Shown one piece after another: positions 49,985 through 63,794 of a stretch of 64,000 nucleotides of DNA. The translations under genes were made by a program, and so were the position numbers. Each line of letters begins with the position of its first letter. The first letter of the stretch is position 1. The notes below the pieces were generated by a model. It saw nothing but the letters and a program-made list of their open reading frames with translations, did not search any database and was not told the DNA's origin. Source of the stretch: Ramazzottius varieornatus (Eukaryota; Animalia; Tardigrada). The stretch spans positions 9,269,085 through 9,333,084 of the forward strand of contig BDGG01000001.1 of the NCBI GenBank assembly GCA_001949185.1, read 5' to 3'.

Positions 49985-52900
49985 TCAGTAGATGGCCGCC
50001 AAGCCATACTTTCTCGAGTCCGAGTATGCCGTCAGCGTCTTGTTCCTCTTCATGGCCACTTGGACGACACTGAGACCTTCGTTGATCACCGTTATATTCT
50101 GCCCGTAACTCGTCAATGTTTGCAGGATTCCCGGGGAGACTTCTTCCAGCCTAGCTGTAACGCAAACCATGTCAAGACTAAAGCGCGTGCAGCTGCTGGA
50201 GGACATATTGCAGTAAGCCTTACTTCCTTCCACCCAGACAGCCTTTTCCGGCTCACAGGCAAAGACTCGCGGACCTTCCACAGCTACACCAGCTGTCTGT
50301 CCCAACGTCAGGATGTTCATCAACACCCCCAAAACACCTAAAGATTAGAAAGGCAGATCAAATCAAAAGAGGAAATGCGCAATAAATGAGAGGCCGGCAA
50401 ACGAAACGGGCGAGAGTCGGCATAGTCTTGGAGAGTGATTCAGCCCCCTCCCCCCCCCGCGCTAATTTTGCCGTTTCCTGATAAAAACTCTGACAAGACC
50501 GTGCTTAACGCTGACTTGACAGACGTTAAAAAAGGGTAAGATAAACTTGCGCCCAGAATAACTGCCTGTCATTGATCGGCAGTGAGCTCAAAATTAGAGG
50601 GACTGCTGAGTGAAGAAAAGGTACGTTACCGCTAGGGATGTGAGTGCCATTGGATCCTCCAATGCTCATACGAAGGCCGCATGCACGTTTGGGGTGAAAG
50701 ACAATGGTTGGCGTCATGCTGGAGAGAGGACGTTTTCCCGCCAGCGCCTTGTTTGCCTACAGCGGAACAACCTCCATTTCAAATCGAGAGCATACCCCCA
50801 ACCAAATGGAAGATGTATGCTTACATTGTTGTCGCCTTCCGTGTTGGCGGCGAAATCTCTCAACTCGTCATTGAGGACGATACCATGGGACGTCATGATG
50901 CCTCCACCGAAGAAATCGTTGACCGTGCTGCAACAGCGAGTCTAACCAAGATACAAGCAGACTCAGGCGGAAAGGAAAGAGAAAAAGAGGGATACTCTTA
51001 CGAGGTGATGCTGACGTAGAGTTCGTTGGTGTCCAGGACGGAGACGTGCGTCGTTCCTTTAGCGTCCGGTTGCTTGGCCGTCAAGTTAGTCAGGTACTCG
51101 GAATGCGGAAGGACGCTGTCGTCGCGAATGAGTAGCCGTAGCTTCTCGGCGTAAGACTTGCTGAGATGAATGATAAAGAATGAGTTATGGACGATAGCGT
51201 TAGCACTACCCATCCTTACTCGATCATTTCTTTTGCAATATTCTCCACTCCGGGTTCAAAGTGCGGATCACCAAGGCGGCTCCTGCATGCCGACTCGAAC
51301 TTCAACGCCTACAAAGTACATCGGTAAGTCGATAAGCTGCTTACGCGACAAAGGATAAACCACCGATCAATTCCGACAAGGCGGCGAAGTCGCAAGAAAT
51401 GTGCCATAATTTATGAACATAGACGATTGAAATAAAATGTACGAGTACTCTTTTTGCCCACTTACTTCAATCATGCGATGCCAGTAAGTGGGCGTCGTGG
51501 CATGCGTGTGGTTCATGTTGTATCCTTCCAGCAGATTCAGAGCGAATAACACAGCGGCACCCGAACTTGGTGGCGGACCCGTCACAACCTGGAAACCTAA
51601 CAACCCAAAAGAATAAACACCCAACTGATCCATTTTTCATTTTCAACTTTGCACTTCTGCATCTCTAGTGACTTCCGATTTTACGTGTTCATTTCCAGCC
51701 TAATATTTCGAACTGCTCACCGTTATAAGTGGTGAATAACGGTTCGCGAGCTGTGGCATTATACCGGGCCAGATCTTCCATTGTCAAAATTCCACCCATT
51801 TCTTTCAACTGTAAGAGCGTGTAACTATCTGGTTATTTTCTCGCATGGTAGAAAAGATGGATGGTGCTTACCTCGTCGACAATCTCTTGGCCCAGTTTGC
51901 CCGTATAAAACTCCTCCACCCCACTATATGCTATCCTTTCCAGCATGTCGGCGAAATTGTTCCGGACAATCTTGGTCTCTAGCTGCAGCTTCTTTCCGTC
52001 AGGGTACAGGAGCTGCTCCAGCCGTTTGGAGGTGGGAAATCGCTTTAACTTTTCGAATCTCCAGAAATCCTCGTCTGAAACAGAAATCACAACGGTGCAA
52101 AACAGTAGACGTGTTGAACGGCCTGGCAATCTAGGAACAGATTAACAGGAGAGGACAAGATCTTACGGAGAGCGCCAGTCATGTTAAAACCACTGCGAGC
52201 CAAATGGATGGCCGGAGAAAGCAGTTTACTCCATCTTAATTTGCCATACTTGGAGTAAATGTCATGAAGACCTTTTAATTCACCTAAAAGAACCAGACAA
52301 GATATCCCTAACACGTAAGGATTACTGGAAAATTTCTGACTGCATTTCGAGGAGCAGCTCGGACTATTTGTTCCCAGTTGCGATGAAGAGTTGGGCTTAC
52401 CGGGAACCCCGACGGCCAGCGCAGGCTTACTGTCTAACTGGTCCATCATTTCCGCCTTGAAGGCAGCCGGTGCCGTCTCACGAAAATCCACGTAAAACTT
52501 TTCCTTATTCTTGTGATTATAAATTAGAGCAAGGCCACCTCTGTAAAACATCTATTATTGCACCCGTCGGAATAACGTCAAGACAGGAAAGGTCTTCTTA
52601 CCCGCCTATGCCGGAAGCCTGAGGATTCACCACCTGCAAACAAAACAAGGCCGCAATGGCCGCGTCCACCGCTGATCCACCTTCTTTCAACACATCCAGC
52701 CCAATCTTCGAGCATGCTGGCACATCGGTGGCGACCGCCCCATGTGGAAGAACCTGCAACAGGAACAGGATGAATAACAAATGAAAACATAACTTAGGTC
52801 CCAGTATCGAGACGCTAGAAGTCGCGCATACGTCAGAAACTAGGCTCAGCTTAGCCTATGCAGGTAGTGACGTATGCGCGAGCTGAAAATGAAGCAGTTG

Positions 52901-53250
52901 ATTGTTACCTGCGGTGGTCCCCAGATGATGTGAGCAACTAAACCAACAGTGACGGCCAAAGAAACGGCCGCACAGAGAATAAGAACCTTTCCCAAACCCT
53001 GTAAGTCTTGTGTGGTGATGCCGAAAAAGAGTAGAAGGAGTTTGTCTGTTCTGGTATCGACCTTGGGGTTGAGAGGATCGGATGGCTTGTCATCTTTGTG
53101 GACGGGGTAATCTCGCGACGGCAGCGTTGTGTTGTGGTTATCCAAGGTTACTTCTTCCATGGCCGAGCTGTAACGTGAAGAAGCACCCAGGACATCGTGG
53201 CTGGTTAGTTGATGCCGTTCGTTCTTTGAAGAAAAGTTGTCCTGCAACAA
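49985..53250 (-). CDS. GGT: Gamma-glutamyltransferase (type II membrane), multi-exon; start codon not located
   Basis: TM helix; [14 protein letters not shown]...[14 protein letters not shown]...PQASGIGG; DFRETAP; PPPSSG; catalytic Thr in GTTHVSV; GIVLNDE; PLSSMTP; SDSRK near the C-terminus. Confidence 0.93.
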
Positions 53251-53723
53251 TGAACGAAAGTGATGTTGCAGTTATCTGGCGCATCTGTCGACTGGTTTAC
53301 ACTTTTCAGACTACGACTGCGCGCACTTTGGACTCACCATCTTGCCACACAGCACTAACAGGTGTCCAAAACACCAGCGATCAGACTAGCTGGTCAGAAG
53401 AGATCATCGGACAAAGCGACCGTTTAATCTCACCAACAGAGGAAACGTTTTTTATGCCTTCTGCTGTTTGGAATGTACCATTGCGATCAGGAACGTGAGG
53501 ACATGGCAAATCAATCATCAAAACGAAGGCAGAGTTTGGGGGCGGTATTGCAATCAAAAGTTTCGACAAACTTTATTGAAAGCACTCTGTGAAACACCAC
53601 TTGGTTCGCAGACCATTATTGAGTAGAAGATCCTCCGAACGCTTTTCCATCGTCCCGTACAATTTTCTACAAAGCTGTGAATATCACAAAATAGATCGCA
53701 GGAAGTGAAAAGCCAGCATACAT

Positions 53724-54529
53724 GAGCTGCTAAAGGGGCCTTGCCGGAACGTCAAACACACTGATTGAGCGATTGATGAATACGTCCAGCTAAAAAAACA
53801 AATAGGTGGGACCCGAAAAAGAGTAGGGACCCGAATCCGATATGGTATACATCATACGTTGGTGATATACAGTACGTAATGTATTGTAATCTACTAGCAA
53901 AACTCAAGATGAGCTCTTCATTCAATCAAGGAATCCGAGCAACAAAAGAAAACCGTCTCCATACACAAGCAACCGATGGGCTGCAAAAAGCGTGAGTGAC
54001 ATAGTTTGAACCGAGTGTCTGTGTGTGGAAGTCTACACCACGTACACGTTACCAACTGTTTGATAATGACTAATCAAGCGCCGTTTCGACAGCTTGCGGT
54101 TTTGGCCGGCCATGTGCAAGTGGCGACCATTAACTGCAGTTGAACAGGGCGCTGAGGATTCTGGATGGTACTCCTGAAAACTCGATGTCCAGCCAAGCGA
54201 TCCGCCAGATCGACAAAAAACTCCGTATACATGCGGAGATCTACTTTGAATCGAACATCGTTCAACCTAGAGAGAATGGTGTCTACAAAATGGGAAATCT
54301 TGGGAACAAGCGATCTCTTGCGTAGGTAGAGACATCTGCGTAAAAACCGACGTCGAGTCTTCAAAATATCCAACTCACATTCCTCCGAACTAGTGTCGCT
54401 CGAATCTGAAGAGGATTCTGTGTCTTCGGATGACGATCCCGATGAACAATCCTCTCGTCTCAGACGAAGTAGTTCAATCCTCCGATCCATCTTTCGCAAG
54501 AGAACGGCTCGTTCTTTGGCTTGAGGCAT
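53724..54529 (-). mobile_element. PIF/Harbinger-superfamily element, copy 2, with one TIR and the transposase N-terminal fragment
   Basis: TIR GAGCTGCTAAAGGGGCC and about 350 bp shared with 25711-26072. ORF 54074-54529 contains NDVRFKVDLRM..FFVDLADRLAGHRVF...PQRPVQLQLMVA, typical of the Harbinger transposase N-terminal region; no DDE core seen. Confidence 0.75.
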
Positions 54530-54949
54530 GGTCGATACGATGAGAAATGGAATACTACAAGTAGTGAGGGCTGAATCGGCAGAAGTAAAAATGGAGCTTT
54601 TCGAAATTTTACACCGGCCTCATGTTTGGATCGAACAGAGGGCGTTCAACGGCAGATGATTTCGTTCAAATAAACCAGTTTTTAACTGGCTGAACAAGAT
54701 TGCGGGGGCGGTGCCACAAACAATACCGTTGTAATGCCACCGGCGGTGTAATCAACGGTTGAAACCCATTAATGAAGGCTGTTCTTCTTTCTGCTTAATC
54801 TCGAAAGATCTTTCCTGCGTCTTACCGATCTCTGGGGATGGTGTTTTCAAGGAGTTCTGAAACTTTTGAGGGGCCACTGAAGGCCATCATTCGTTCCAAT
54901 TCACCCGATTCCCACGGATAAGCCGCGGAGAGAAGTCATGTCAACTTAA

Positions 54950-55467
54950 CACGTAAAAGACCAGGGGGTAACCCTGGTTGCCTGGCGCACCATAATCACC
55001 TTGCGGAATGGTTCTTGTTGAACCTTTTCCCCTCGTATTTCCACCTTTGCTTTCAGAAACTTTGTTTCTACTAATCCAAGAAGACGGGCACTTGCTAGGA
55101 GCGTTCTGGAAATTTCTGAAACGCATTCGGTTTTGGCCAGATTTCGTCTTGAGTTGAAAGATCAAATTTTTCTCAAGACCTGGCTGACGGAAAGCCTTCT
55201 TAAAACTTGGGAGCAAAGCTAGTACATTGATGCAATCTTTGAAGCTTCTATATGCTTCGTATTGTGTGGCTAGAGGTCGGAGCAAAATCACATAGTTCTG
55301 ACACCTTGATTCACTTGGTGGCGCATTTTACCCGAAAAATGCGGAGCGTACATGTGGTGGTTGGCCCGTTCTTCCCCCGCCCCAGGACTTCGGCCAGTCA
55401 AAAAGTGGGGAAGGTGATCTACCCCCCTTGTACTCCCAGAGTCTGGAATTGCGTGGTCTTTTAAGTG
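54950..55467. mobile_element. piggyBac-type MITE, copy 2
   Basis: TTAA|CACGTAAAAGACCA ... TGGTCTTTTAAGTG|TTCA; colinear homology with 20105-20620. Confidence 0.85.
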
Positions 55468-56086
55468 TTCAAGGTGTTCCCTCCTAATATCTGTGTTTAG
55501 AGTGGTTGGATTAAAACCACCCAGGGATTGAATTGTAGGTCGGAACTACTTCATGATTCTTGGAGCAAACGGGAGGAAAAGTAAGGCGCAGAAGGAAGTG
55601 ACGCTGGTTTGATCACCTGCCGTCTCGTCTTCCGGTGACCCACGACGTCCCCGGAATTCAATTTGCCTAACCGAAACTGAATGCGAGGGTCAAGCGTCTG
55701 CAGTAGATAGTTGCTCCGTCCACCGCCGGCTACGTTTTGAGGGTGAAAATAGCGAAAGCGTCTCACGCCTCAGGAAAATATGGCGATGCGATGCATAGTC
55801 GTCGTACGCCACTTGGGAAGATATTCTATCGCAACGTCGCATGCTGAGTCAAATGTGACTTCGAGAATAGAAACAAGGTGCTGATGCGGTAGGTGCACAT
55901 TAGCTTCTACCTTGATTCCTATGGAAAATCAGAAGGGCTAAACTTTGTCCACTCTTCCTTGGTCGCCTCATGGCGGTAAACGTGATTAGCTGATTTCTAC
56001 CCAGCTAGAACGCCAACGTTGGCACCTGCAAGACTTGACTGGACAAAGTATTCTCGTGGCTATATAGGGCCTCGCTCCTCGTACTA

Positions 56087-56510
56087 CAGTGTTGAAAGCG
56101 CATCCCTTCCGGCAAATTTTTGATTTACAGATGTGTTCACAAGACTATGGTAACTGTGTTTCGCTTCTGAACCGATAAACCAGATAATACAGACATTAAG
56201 TTGCCACCGCCAGATGAAGTCCCACTGTAGCTAAAAGGAGTTGCAACGTCACTCATAAGCGCAGCATCCAATCAGAACTTTGAATAGTTGGGCAGCCACC
56301 ATGCCTCCTAATGCTAGGCAACCGTAACTCCGATTACGCTATTTTTCGAAAATAAGGGTAGCTCCGGAAAGCCGAATGTAGTCATACGTCACGAAAAGGG
56401 CGGAGCAAGGCCGTAGCAAGGCCGTAGCTACAGTTGCAAAGTGAACGGGAGTAGCAACGTAATCTCTATAATGAAAAGTTTGCACCGGAAGGGATGCACT
56501 TTCAACACTA
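56087..56510. mobile_element. MITE with TIRs of about 26-35 bp and hAT-like termini; TSD not recognisable
   Basis: CAGTGTTGAAAGCGCATCCCTTCCGG ... CCGGAAGGGATGCACTTTCAACACTA, matching at 24 of 26 positions as an inverted repeat. Confidence 0.75.
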
Positions 56511-57360
56511 GTCCTCCTCACGACAGCCCGTAAAACTCCGTTGATTGTGTTGATCTTGAAAGTGGATTACCAGTTTCGTGTTCAAGATAAGCAGCCCTCG
56601 AGTAGCTTATCTTGGAAGCGAAAACGGATTATTCTCTGCAAACTTGACTCAAAATTTCAAATTTTCATTTCTCAGCTGATCTCTATCTGCACAGTGTTTC
56701 ACGTTGCGAGATACCGTTTCACGTATGGGCTTCTTGACACCAATTAGTGTCGGGCATATCGACAGACAGAGACTAGCCAGAGAGAAAACCATGCATTTCA
56801 GCCTAGTCAGGAGGCAAACTTTGCCTACAAACCTACCCCGCAAAACTCGCGAATTTCCGCTCCCGTTTCCGAGACTTTCGAAAGCACAATTTTGCCTCAC
56901 TCACGACTAATTTCCATTGACCAAGCAAACTGAAACTTCAAATCAACCGTTTGCGACATAAACTGCTCGTCGTGAGGAGGACTACTGTATCAAATCATCA
57001 CAATCAGAGTTATCAGACTCAGCGGTGGACGGATGATTTTCTCGACCTAAAATCAAAAATCACGCATTTGTCGCATACGACCTGCCCCCCCCCCCTCCTC
57101 TCTACATGAACGGGAAATTTATCATCAATGCGCAAATTCCACCCAATAACCAGAGAAACGATGTTCGAAGTACGTTCAAAACGCTTTCTTAGAAAGAATA
57201 AAAATAATGATTGGTTGACTGACATCCTAAGTTGAGCTGTACTTGATCTTGCTGAGCCGATCTGTGTCTTCGATAATTCACTGAGAAAATCACCCGTCCA
57301 ACGCTGATCAGACTGAAGCAGCCGAATTAAATCTGTTTTTATGTTTCATCTGAGAACATT

Positions 57361-57784
57361 ATGACGGAGAAAGGCGAAGAGAAAGCGGGAGATCGAGCAC
57401 CATCCAAGGCGGAACGGCAGGCATGCTGGGACTCGCGAGATGCGTACTGGCAGTGCTTGGATAAGTATGGCGATGGGGATGCGCGATGTGAGAAGATGAA
57501 ATTTGCGTATGAGCAATCCTGTCCGGCGCAATGGGTAAGTCCATAATATTTGGATCTCGTACTGCCCATGTCCTACTCTTCCTAGTCATGGCTGCTTAAC
57601 GAAGGCTGGATTGCCATTGTAGGTAAAACATTTTGACCGGAAGTATGTGTTCAACCAGTACAAGAAGAAGATGGAAAGCGAAGGTTTCGAGCCGATAACC
57701 GCATCGCAAACAACGAGATCGCAAGCTGCTCGATCATCTTCGCCTGCTCCCTCTTCTTCGCCTTCTTCCAAAGCGGTGTCGTGA
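57361..57784 (+). CDS. COA6: Cytochrome c oxidase assembly factor 6 (COX6B-like CX9C-CX10C), 2 exons
   Basis: APSKAERQACWDSRDAYWQCLD...CEKMKFAYEQSCPAQW|VKHFDRK; intron 57535-57622. Confidence 0.92.
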
Positions 57785-59164
57785 TAACGTGTTTCGCTGT
57801 CGTAAGGTACTCCATCACTCCTGTTTTGTTCTTTGTTTCGTTTCTTGTGTTAGCTTAAACGGCTCGAGCCGTGCAGTGGTGAACCGTAATCTTCGCCCGG
57901 CCCGTCGCAACTGTGTGGTCGTCAGGACCCGGTGTAGATATCTTCTCTACACGTTCTTTGAGCTCTTCGTAGAAGGGCTGTTCGCAGACTGCAGGTCGCG
58001 AACAGCACTTCTTCTGCAGGTGTTTTGCTGTGAGTTGGGATTGATTTTGTGACAAAAAAATAGTTCCGATCTTTCTTCTCGCCACGAAATTCGGGATAGC
58101 TTTCCCGCGGTGAAAGGGTTGAAGAAAGTTTGTCGTCGGGCAATATGAAAATTTTGTTGCTGCCGACCAGTGTTCGGTAGGTAAACATTCCGTGCTACTC
58201 AGCATGGCTCGCTTTATCATGGTAAAGACCCGAAATGGTTCGGATTGATGAGATTCAATCGGGGTACCGGAATGTTTACCTGCCGAACACTGCTGGCGAC
58301 TGGACTGGTCATTGTACCGCTCCGTTAATGCGTACTGCAGGCGAATATGTTCGGTGGAATTTGCATTTAGTACGAGGATAATTCATGTCCCGTGGACGGC
58401 TACCGTGGAGGACTGCCGGACTAGACGAGCAGACTGCTGAGCTAGGAGTCAAGAGCTTATCAGTGCAACTCAAACAACAGTCAATCCATGGTTTGGCTCG
58501 CCGCAGTGATGTCATACCGGTCCGCGATGACCTAGCGGTCCACTTCGTTCCTCGATTTGAAACTGACAAATTCGAGATTTTTACTGACATCTTGTCATAG
58601 AGCGAAGTGTATGTTACGGATGACGAAGATTCTTCAAACGATAAATTCTAATCCTATGTGTGCAGAGCAGGACGACGATGTTGAGCAGCAGGTCTAGATT
58701 CAACCGACAACGTTATCCCCATCGTGTGCGCGAACCACAAGGTTCACTGTAGCCTGTAGGTCAACTGGCTCGGTGTTTCAAGCCGTATGTCTAGCGGTCT
58801 CTATATCCTTCCCGCCCGAAGTAGCGCCACGATTCCGGAGGAGCGTGGCAACGCCAGCCAACACCTTATACCCTGGATACGGCCCGGAACGGTCGGTTAG
58901 AGAGTGCGCTTTAATGTTCAGGGAAGACAATCATCATATGTGCCGACGGTCAATCTGGTTATAGGTCCAGTGACTAGCGCTCCTAACGTTTTCGACCTCA
59001 CCCCGAGTGTAACGTTCCAATGGTCGACGTATAGAAAGCTGATTAATTGATGCTATGGACTCACACTCACGTTTTGCTTAGCTCACCGTGTTTCGGAGAG
59101 GTGACCTATCGACGCTTGGCTTGTTTAGGAAACTGTATGGATGCCTCTGTTGATTTCAAGTAGG

Positions 59165-62100
59165 TCATGGCTACTGGTCTTTACGGCTTCTGTGGACACT
59201 ATTACAATTCGATTTACATCGGATCTGCTCTTCTAGTTACACCGTTTTAACACCTTGCCGAATAGCTGGTGCTGTAGCAGCGCAACGACGATGGCCTACC
59301 TTCCTTATCACAAGTTTAGCTTCCCCCTTTATCCTGGGTCTTCCTGTCTTCATTTACAAATGGACGACACGAAATTTGACCATCAAGATTCCCTACACCA
59401 AGCGTTACTTATTACAAGCGAGAGCTTTCAAAGAATACAATCCACTGAACATTGACTGGGGAGATGATGCTACGTTTGCCGCAGCGGGATGGGTCTCCGA
59501 TCAGACTACAGTCGGCCAGGGCCTGGTTCGAATTTATATACCACGTGACAGTCTGTTTTTGAAGGAAGATTTCTAGGGAGGTTGTTTGCAGAAAATCGTG
59601 GGAATACTCTGTGCACTGGGATCGTTAGTCGTTTACTTCCGCGATACCTCCAAGTGAGTACACGTGGTGAGCCCTGGACGGTACGAGTACTATGAATGTT
59701 CCATTGTTTCAAGACGCTTGTCGTTTGCTGCTGTTCGAAATTAAGTCTGCTTTAGATAGAAGATGCTCCGCATGAGACAGATAGACAGAGGGAGAAAAGG
59801 GTTCAGGGCGGAAGACCAGGGTTTCCGTGTGTTAGCTGCCGGCACGCAGATGTAATCAGAGATTAGCCATTGGCCATCGTGTCATCCGCGTGCTGACAAC
59901 ACTGATGTTTTGGCGGGACCCTGACGTTTATGGAAAAGCTTGACATGTAATTATTCTTTGCAGGCATTGCATTGATGTGGAGATATGCCACTTGTGGGTA
60001 AATATCTACATGACGGTTTTACCTGTTCCGTTGAGATGGGAATTTCAAGACATTGTGTTTACAGACGCTTAACCACTGGTGGCAAGCAGACCTGGCGTTC
60101 AACTTCTACTTCTTGTTCTATTATATTTTACGGGTAGGTTCGGCCCGACAGTACGTGTGCGTATACTAAGGTAGTTGCGATATGCTGAAGAATGATTTTG
60201 TTGCAGTTTACCGGGGCTCGGAGGGACAAGCTTACTTTCATTTTCTCATTGGAAGCCTGCGTAGAGTACGTTACGGTTCCTCCATGCTTCGTCGCCGTTG
60301 CACTCGACCGCAATTGGTACGGTAAGTTTCTCTTGTGTGGAGCTGTTCTATAGGATTATCTGAAAACGAAAGCTAGATCGAACTGAGTTGTAGTTCGAGA
60401 AGTGAGTTAGGCCGATCGAATCTGGGGACTGATGGAGCGTGCCCGCGCACCTCATTTTCAAGTTAATCGTAATTACTGTACCCTATGCCTTTGTGCGTTT
60501 CATGAGGGTTGCTGCAACGGAACACATTTTGTTCCACAGGTTTACGCTTCTTCCGGATATACAACTTCCTGTGGTTAATTGACTTGCTACACCGTTTCAA
60601 CATCACTCGGAAATCGCATCACGTTCGGCTTGCTCGCTTGATTGCGTATATCGTCGTTGCTATCATTGTTGGTGCCGGTTCTCTCTTACTGGCAAGTCAC
60701 TCTTTAATACAGGTTTCACAAAAAGCTGGATTTTGGTTTGACGTGTGATAAGGTAGTTAGAATGCGCCGGCGACCCCTGGACAACGGATACGGAACGGAT
60801 TGCAGGCAACACTTCCGACGAAGACACCTTCTGGAATTTCGCGTATTTTGCCGTCGTTACGCTGACCACGGTCGGGTACGGCGACATCAAGCCTCAGACT
60901 GTCTTGGGCAAGGTCTTTACCACAACTTTCATCATTGTATGTGTCGGTTTCATTGCTTCCTTCCTGGCCAGTATTGCCAGCTTGCTACCTCGACCTAAGA
61001 AACACCCGGAATTCGACAGGGAAAATTACTTCAAGTACCGAACTTGCTTCTTCTCATGTCTTTGTCCCGTGATTATTTATCCTAACTTTGCCCATCTTTA
61101 CAGTCATCTGATCGTCTGCGGTTGTATTACTTTCAAGTCAGCGGAGAAGTTCATCACGGAATTCTACAACGACGCCAAGCCGAAAGGCATTGAAGAGCTC
61201 TTCGTTATTTTTCTCCACCCGTAAGCCAACTCACGTCAAACTCACGTCAAACTTATCCCTTGTGGATAAATGTGGTGCAATTTGCAGGGAAGAGCCAGAC
61301 GACGATCTGGCATTACTTCTGACAGATTACCAAGCTTGCGTGGAATACATCCAGGGTACGCCATCGAAAGACGAAGACCTGGATAAATGCCGTGCTAAGC
61401 ACGCTTCGGCGTGCATCTTTCTGGCTAACCAGAATGCTGTCGATCCGCGTGCGGAGGATGGGCTGCTAGTGCTCAATATTGTTGCCGTCAAAAATTACTG
61501 TCCGACACTTCGTGTCCTTATCCAGGTTCTTCGTAGTTCGACCATGGTATGTTCGAATTATCCGTCAAAAGAACCCTACAGCAAGCACTTGTAACTGTTA
61601 ATCGTTTGTGTTGACAGATTTTCTTAAAGAATTGCTCGTTCATCAATCTGCAAAAAGGGGACCTGGTGACGTGCCAGAAGTCCATTGAAGGAGGTCTGAT
61701 TGGCATGAACTGTCTCGTTCCCGGTTTCACTTGTTTTTTTGCCAATCTTTTGTGGAGACCTCGGGAACTTTCACGCGACTTGGATTTAACCAATGTTCCT
61801 GGATTATACATCAGGGGAAGTAAATGCCATTTAACGTGCGTGCGCTTCAGCTGCTCGTTTTACGGCATGACATTCCCAGATGCGGTCAAGTAAGAAGAGC
61901 GGCTTGACAAGGGAATCTATTCATTGAAATCTTTTGGCCTAAGTGTTGTTTCTCTCGTAGGGTGGCTTTTGAAAAGCTGGAGATTTTGTTGATTGGCATC
62001 TACACTCGTGGACAGTCATCAGTCGAGTATCGCAACGTCATACCCAACCCGGCTTCCAAATTTGTCATTGTCGATGGCATCATGGCGCACGTTATAGCAC

Positions 62101-63794
62101 TGTCCGATGCTCACGCCCAGAAGTATGGTTTATAAAGACAATGGATACATGGCACAACATCCCATCTTTTCCCTAATGTTTCGTGGTTGATAGGTTGGAG
62201 AACTACTGTAGAGAATGTCACGGTGACGTCAACGTGCGAGCTTCCATCGCTCTTGCACCCTGTCAATGTACCAGGAGCATTTGTGTTTACCAGCCGGTGG
62301 TGGTCACTTCCCACATGGAACTTGCCGGTATGGAAATGAAGAAGGTCATCAGTGCGGAAGTACCTTCTTCACCCAGTGAAATGCAGCTGACCGTCAGTCC
62401 GGATTACGAGTTTCCTTTGGAAGAAGTAGCCACGATGGCATCCGATGTGGCGCTCACCGGAACACCATCGAAGCCCAATCAGGCACTGGACTCTTCCGGC
62501 ATGTTTTACTGGTGCCGTCCACGGAGCTTTGATTCCTGCGTTATGGTACGATCAGAACTTTAATCGAGTTGTGATTTGCCCCTAAACAGAACTAACCAAC
62601 ATAACGATACAAATACCTTCTTGTACAGACACACGACGAGGCCGCTCTCCAGGCGATGTCAGGGCACATTGTCATCTTCATTTTGGATAACCCAGAAGGA
62701 ACACCGCCGGGTCTTCACCACATCATTCTGCCGCTGCGAGCTAGTATAATCCCGCCAAACGATCTCCGCAAAGTAGTGGTTGTCGGAATGCTGGATAAAA
62801 TTCGTGACGACTGGAAACGCATCAACATGCTGCCAGACATTACTTTTATTGGCGGCGATCCGAATCTGCCGGCAGTTATTCGCGCAAGTCAAGTCCACAG
62901 TTGCCACTGTGCGGTAGTTATCAGTCCCGGTATCGACGCTACCAATGCCCAGGATCAAGATACTATCGTCCAGGTTTTAAGACTAAGATCCACAAAGTTC
63001 ACCATGCAGATTCGAGGGCGGAATAGGTCCCTGCTGTACAAAGCTGGCGAAGATTTGCCGCTCATCATTCTTTTCGGTAAGACGACCGTCATATTTCGCT
63101 AACTGATGAAACAATTTCTCTCGTCTTTCAGATGACGAGGGGCATATACGATACATTTCGCAAGTGAATAGCCGCACGGATTACCACTATACTGTGCCAT
63201 ACATGTCAGGCCAAGTTCTTGCTTCTTCCAGTCTGGAATCGTTGATGATACCGGTAAGTTCAATATCCATATTGGTGTCAGAAGTAACGGAAGAAAAGTG
63301 GCGTCGTTTCTAGGCTTACTATCATCCTTCTCTCATGCACTTACTTTCCTGCCTGGTCTTCGGTGGATCTTCGTCCGAGCTTGCCCATATGCGCCCGGAC
63401 GGTATGAGCTTGACGGGACCATTGCAGAAGAACATTCCCAAAGAACGCTCACACCTGAAGACTACACTGACAATATGGTCAATGTCGGACGCCAAGATCT
63501 CGGCATTTATCGTAGGTGTGCGTCAAACCTGCCCGGACGCGCTTGGTGAAATCGAGTTTTTATCATTAGGGTAAACCATACAGCGAACTTTTCATCTATG
63601 CCCTGGAAAAAAACTATGGAATCTGCCTTGGTTTGTATCGTCTGTTGGAGACTCACTGCGCCTCACCGGAGCAGAGCCCGCGCAATGGTTTGTGGGGCAG
63701 GGCCATACGCTATGTTGCTACCAGTCCGCCGCGCGACACCATCATGTTGGCTAGCGACGATGTCTACATCCTCTTGCCAGCCACAATTACCTAG
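59165..63794 (+). CDS. Divergent BK/Slo1-like K+ channel (S0-S6, RCK1, RCK2), apparently intact; start codon not located
   Basis: S0 QRRWPTFLITSLASPF; WVSDQTTVGQ; S3-S4 [25 protein letters not shown]; pore TLTTVGYGD; RCK1 HLIVCGCIT...YIQGT...ASACIFLAN..DPRAED...AVKNY; RCK2 MSGHIVI...IILPLRAS; tail GICLGLYRL...RYVATSPP; TAG 63792-63794. Confidence 0.9.

Noticed and set aside
57855-58700. Possible highly decayed pogo transposase remnants (PFYEELKERV; LDWSLYRSVNAYCRR; acidic tail)
   Set aside because: Fragments lie on opposite strands, no TIR was found, and the similarity is too weak.
59817-59922. CAGGGTTTCCG...GCGGGACCCTG as a tiny hAT MITE in a channel intron
   Set aside because: The inverted repeat is short and imperfect, with no 8-bp TSD.
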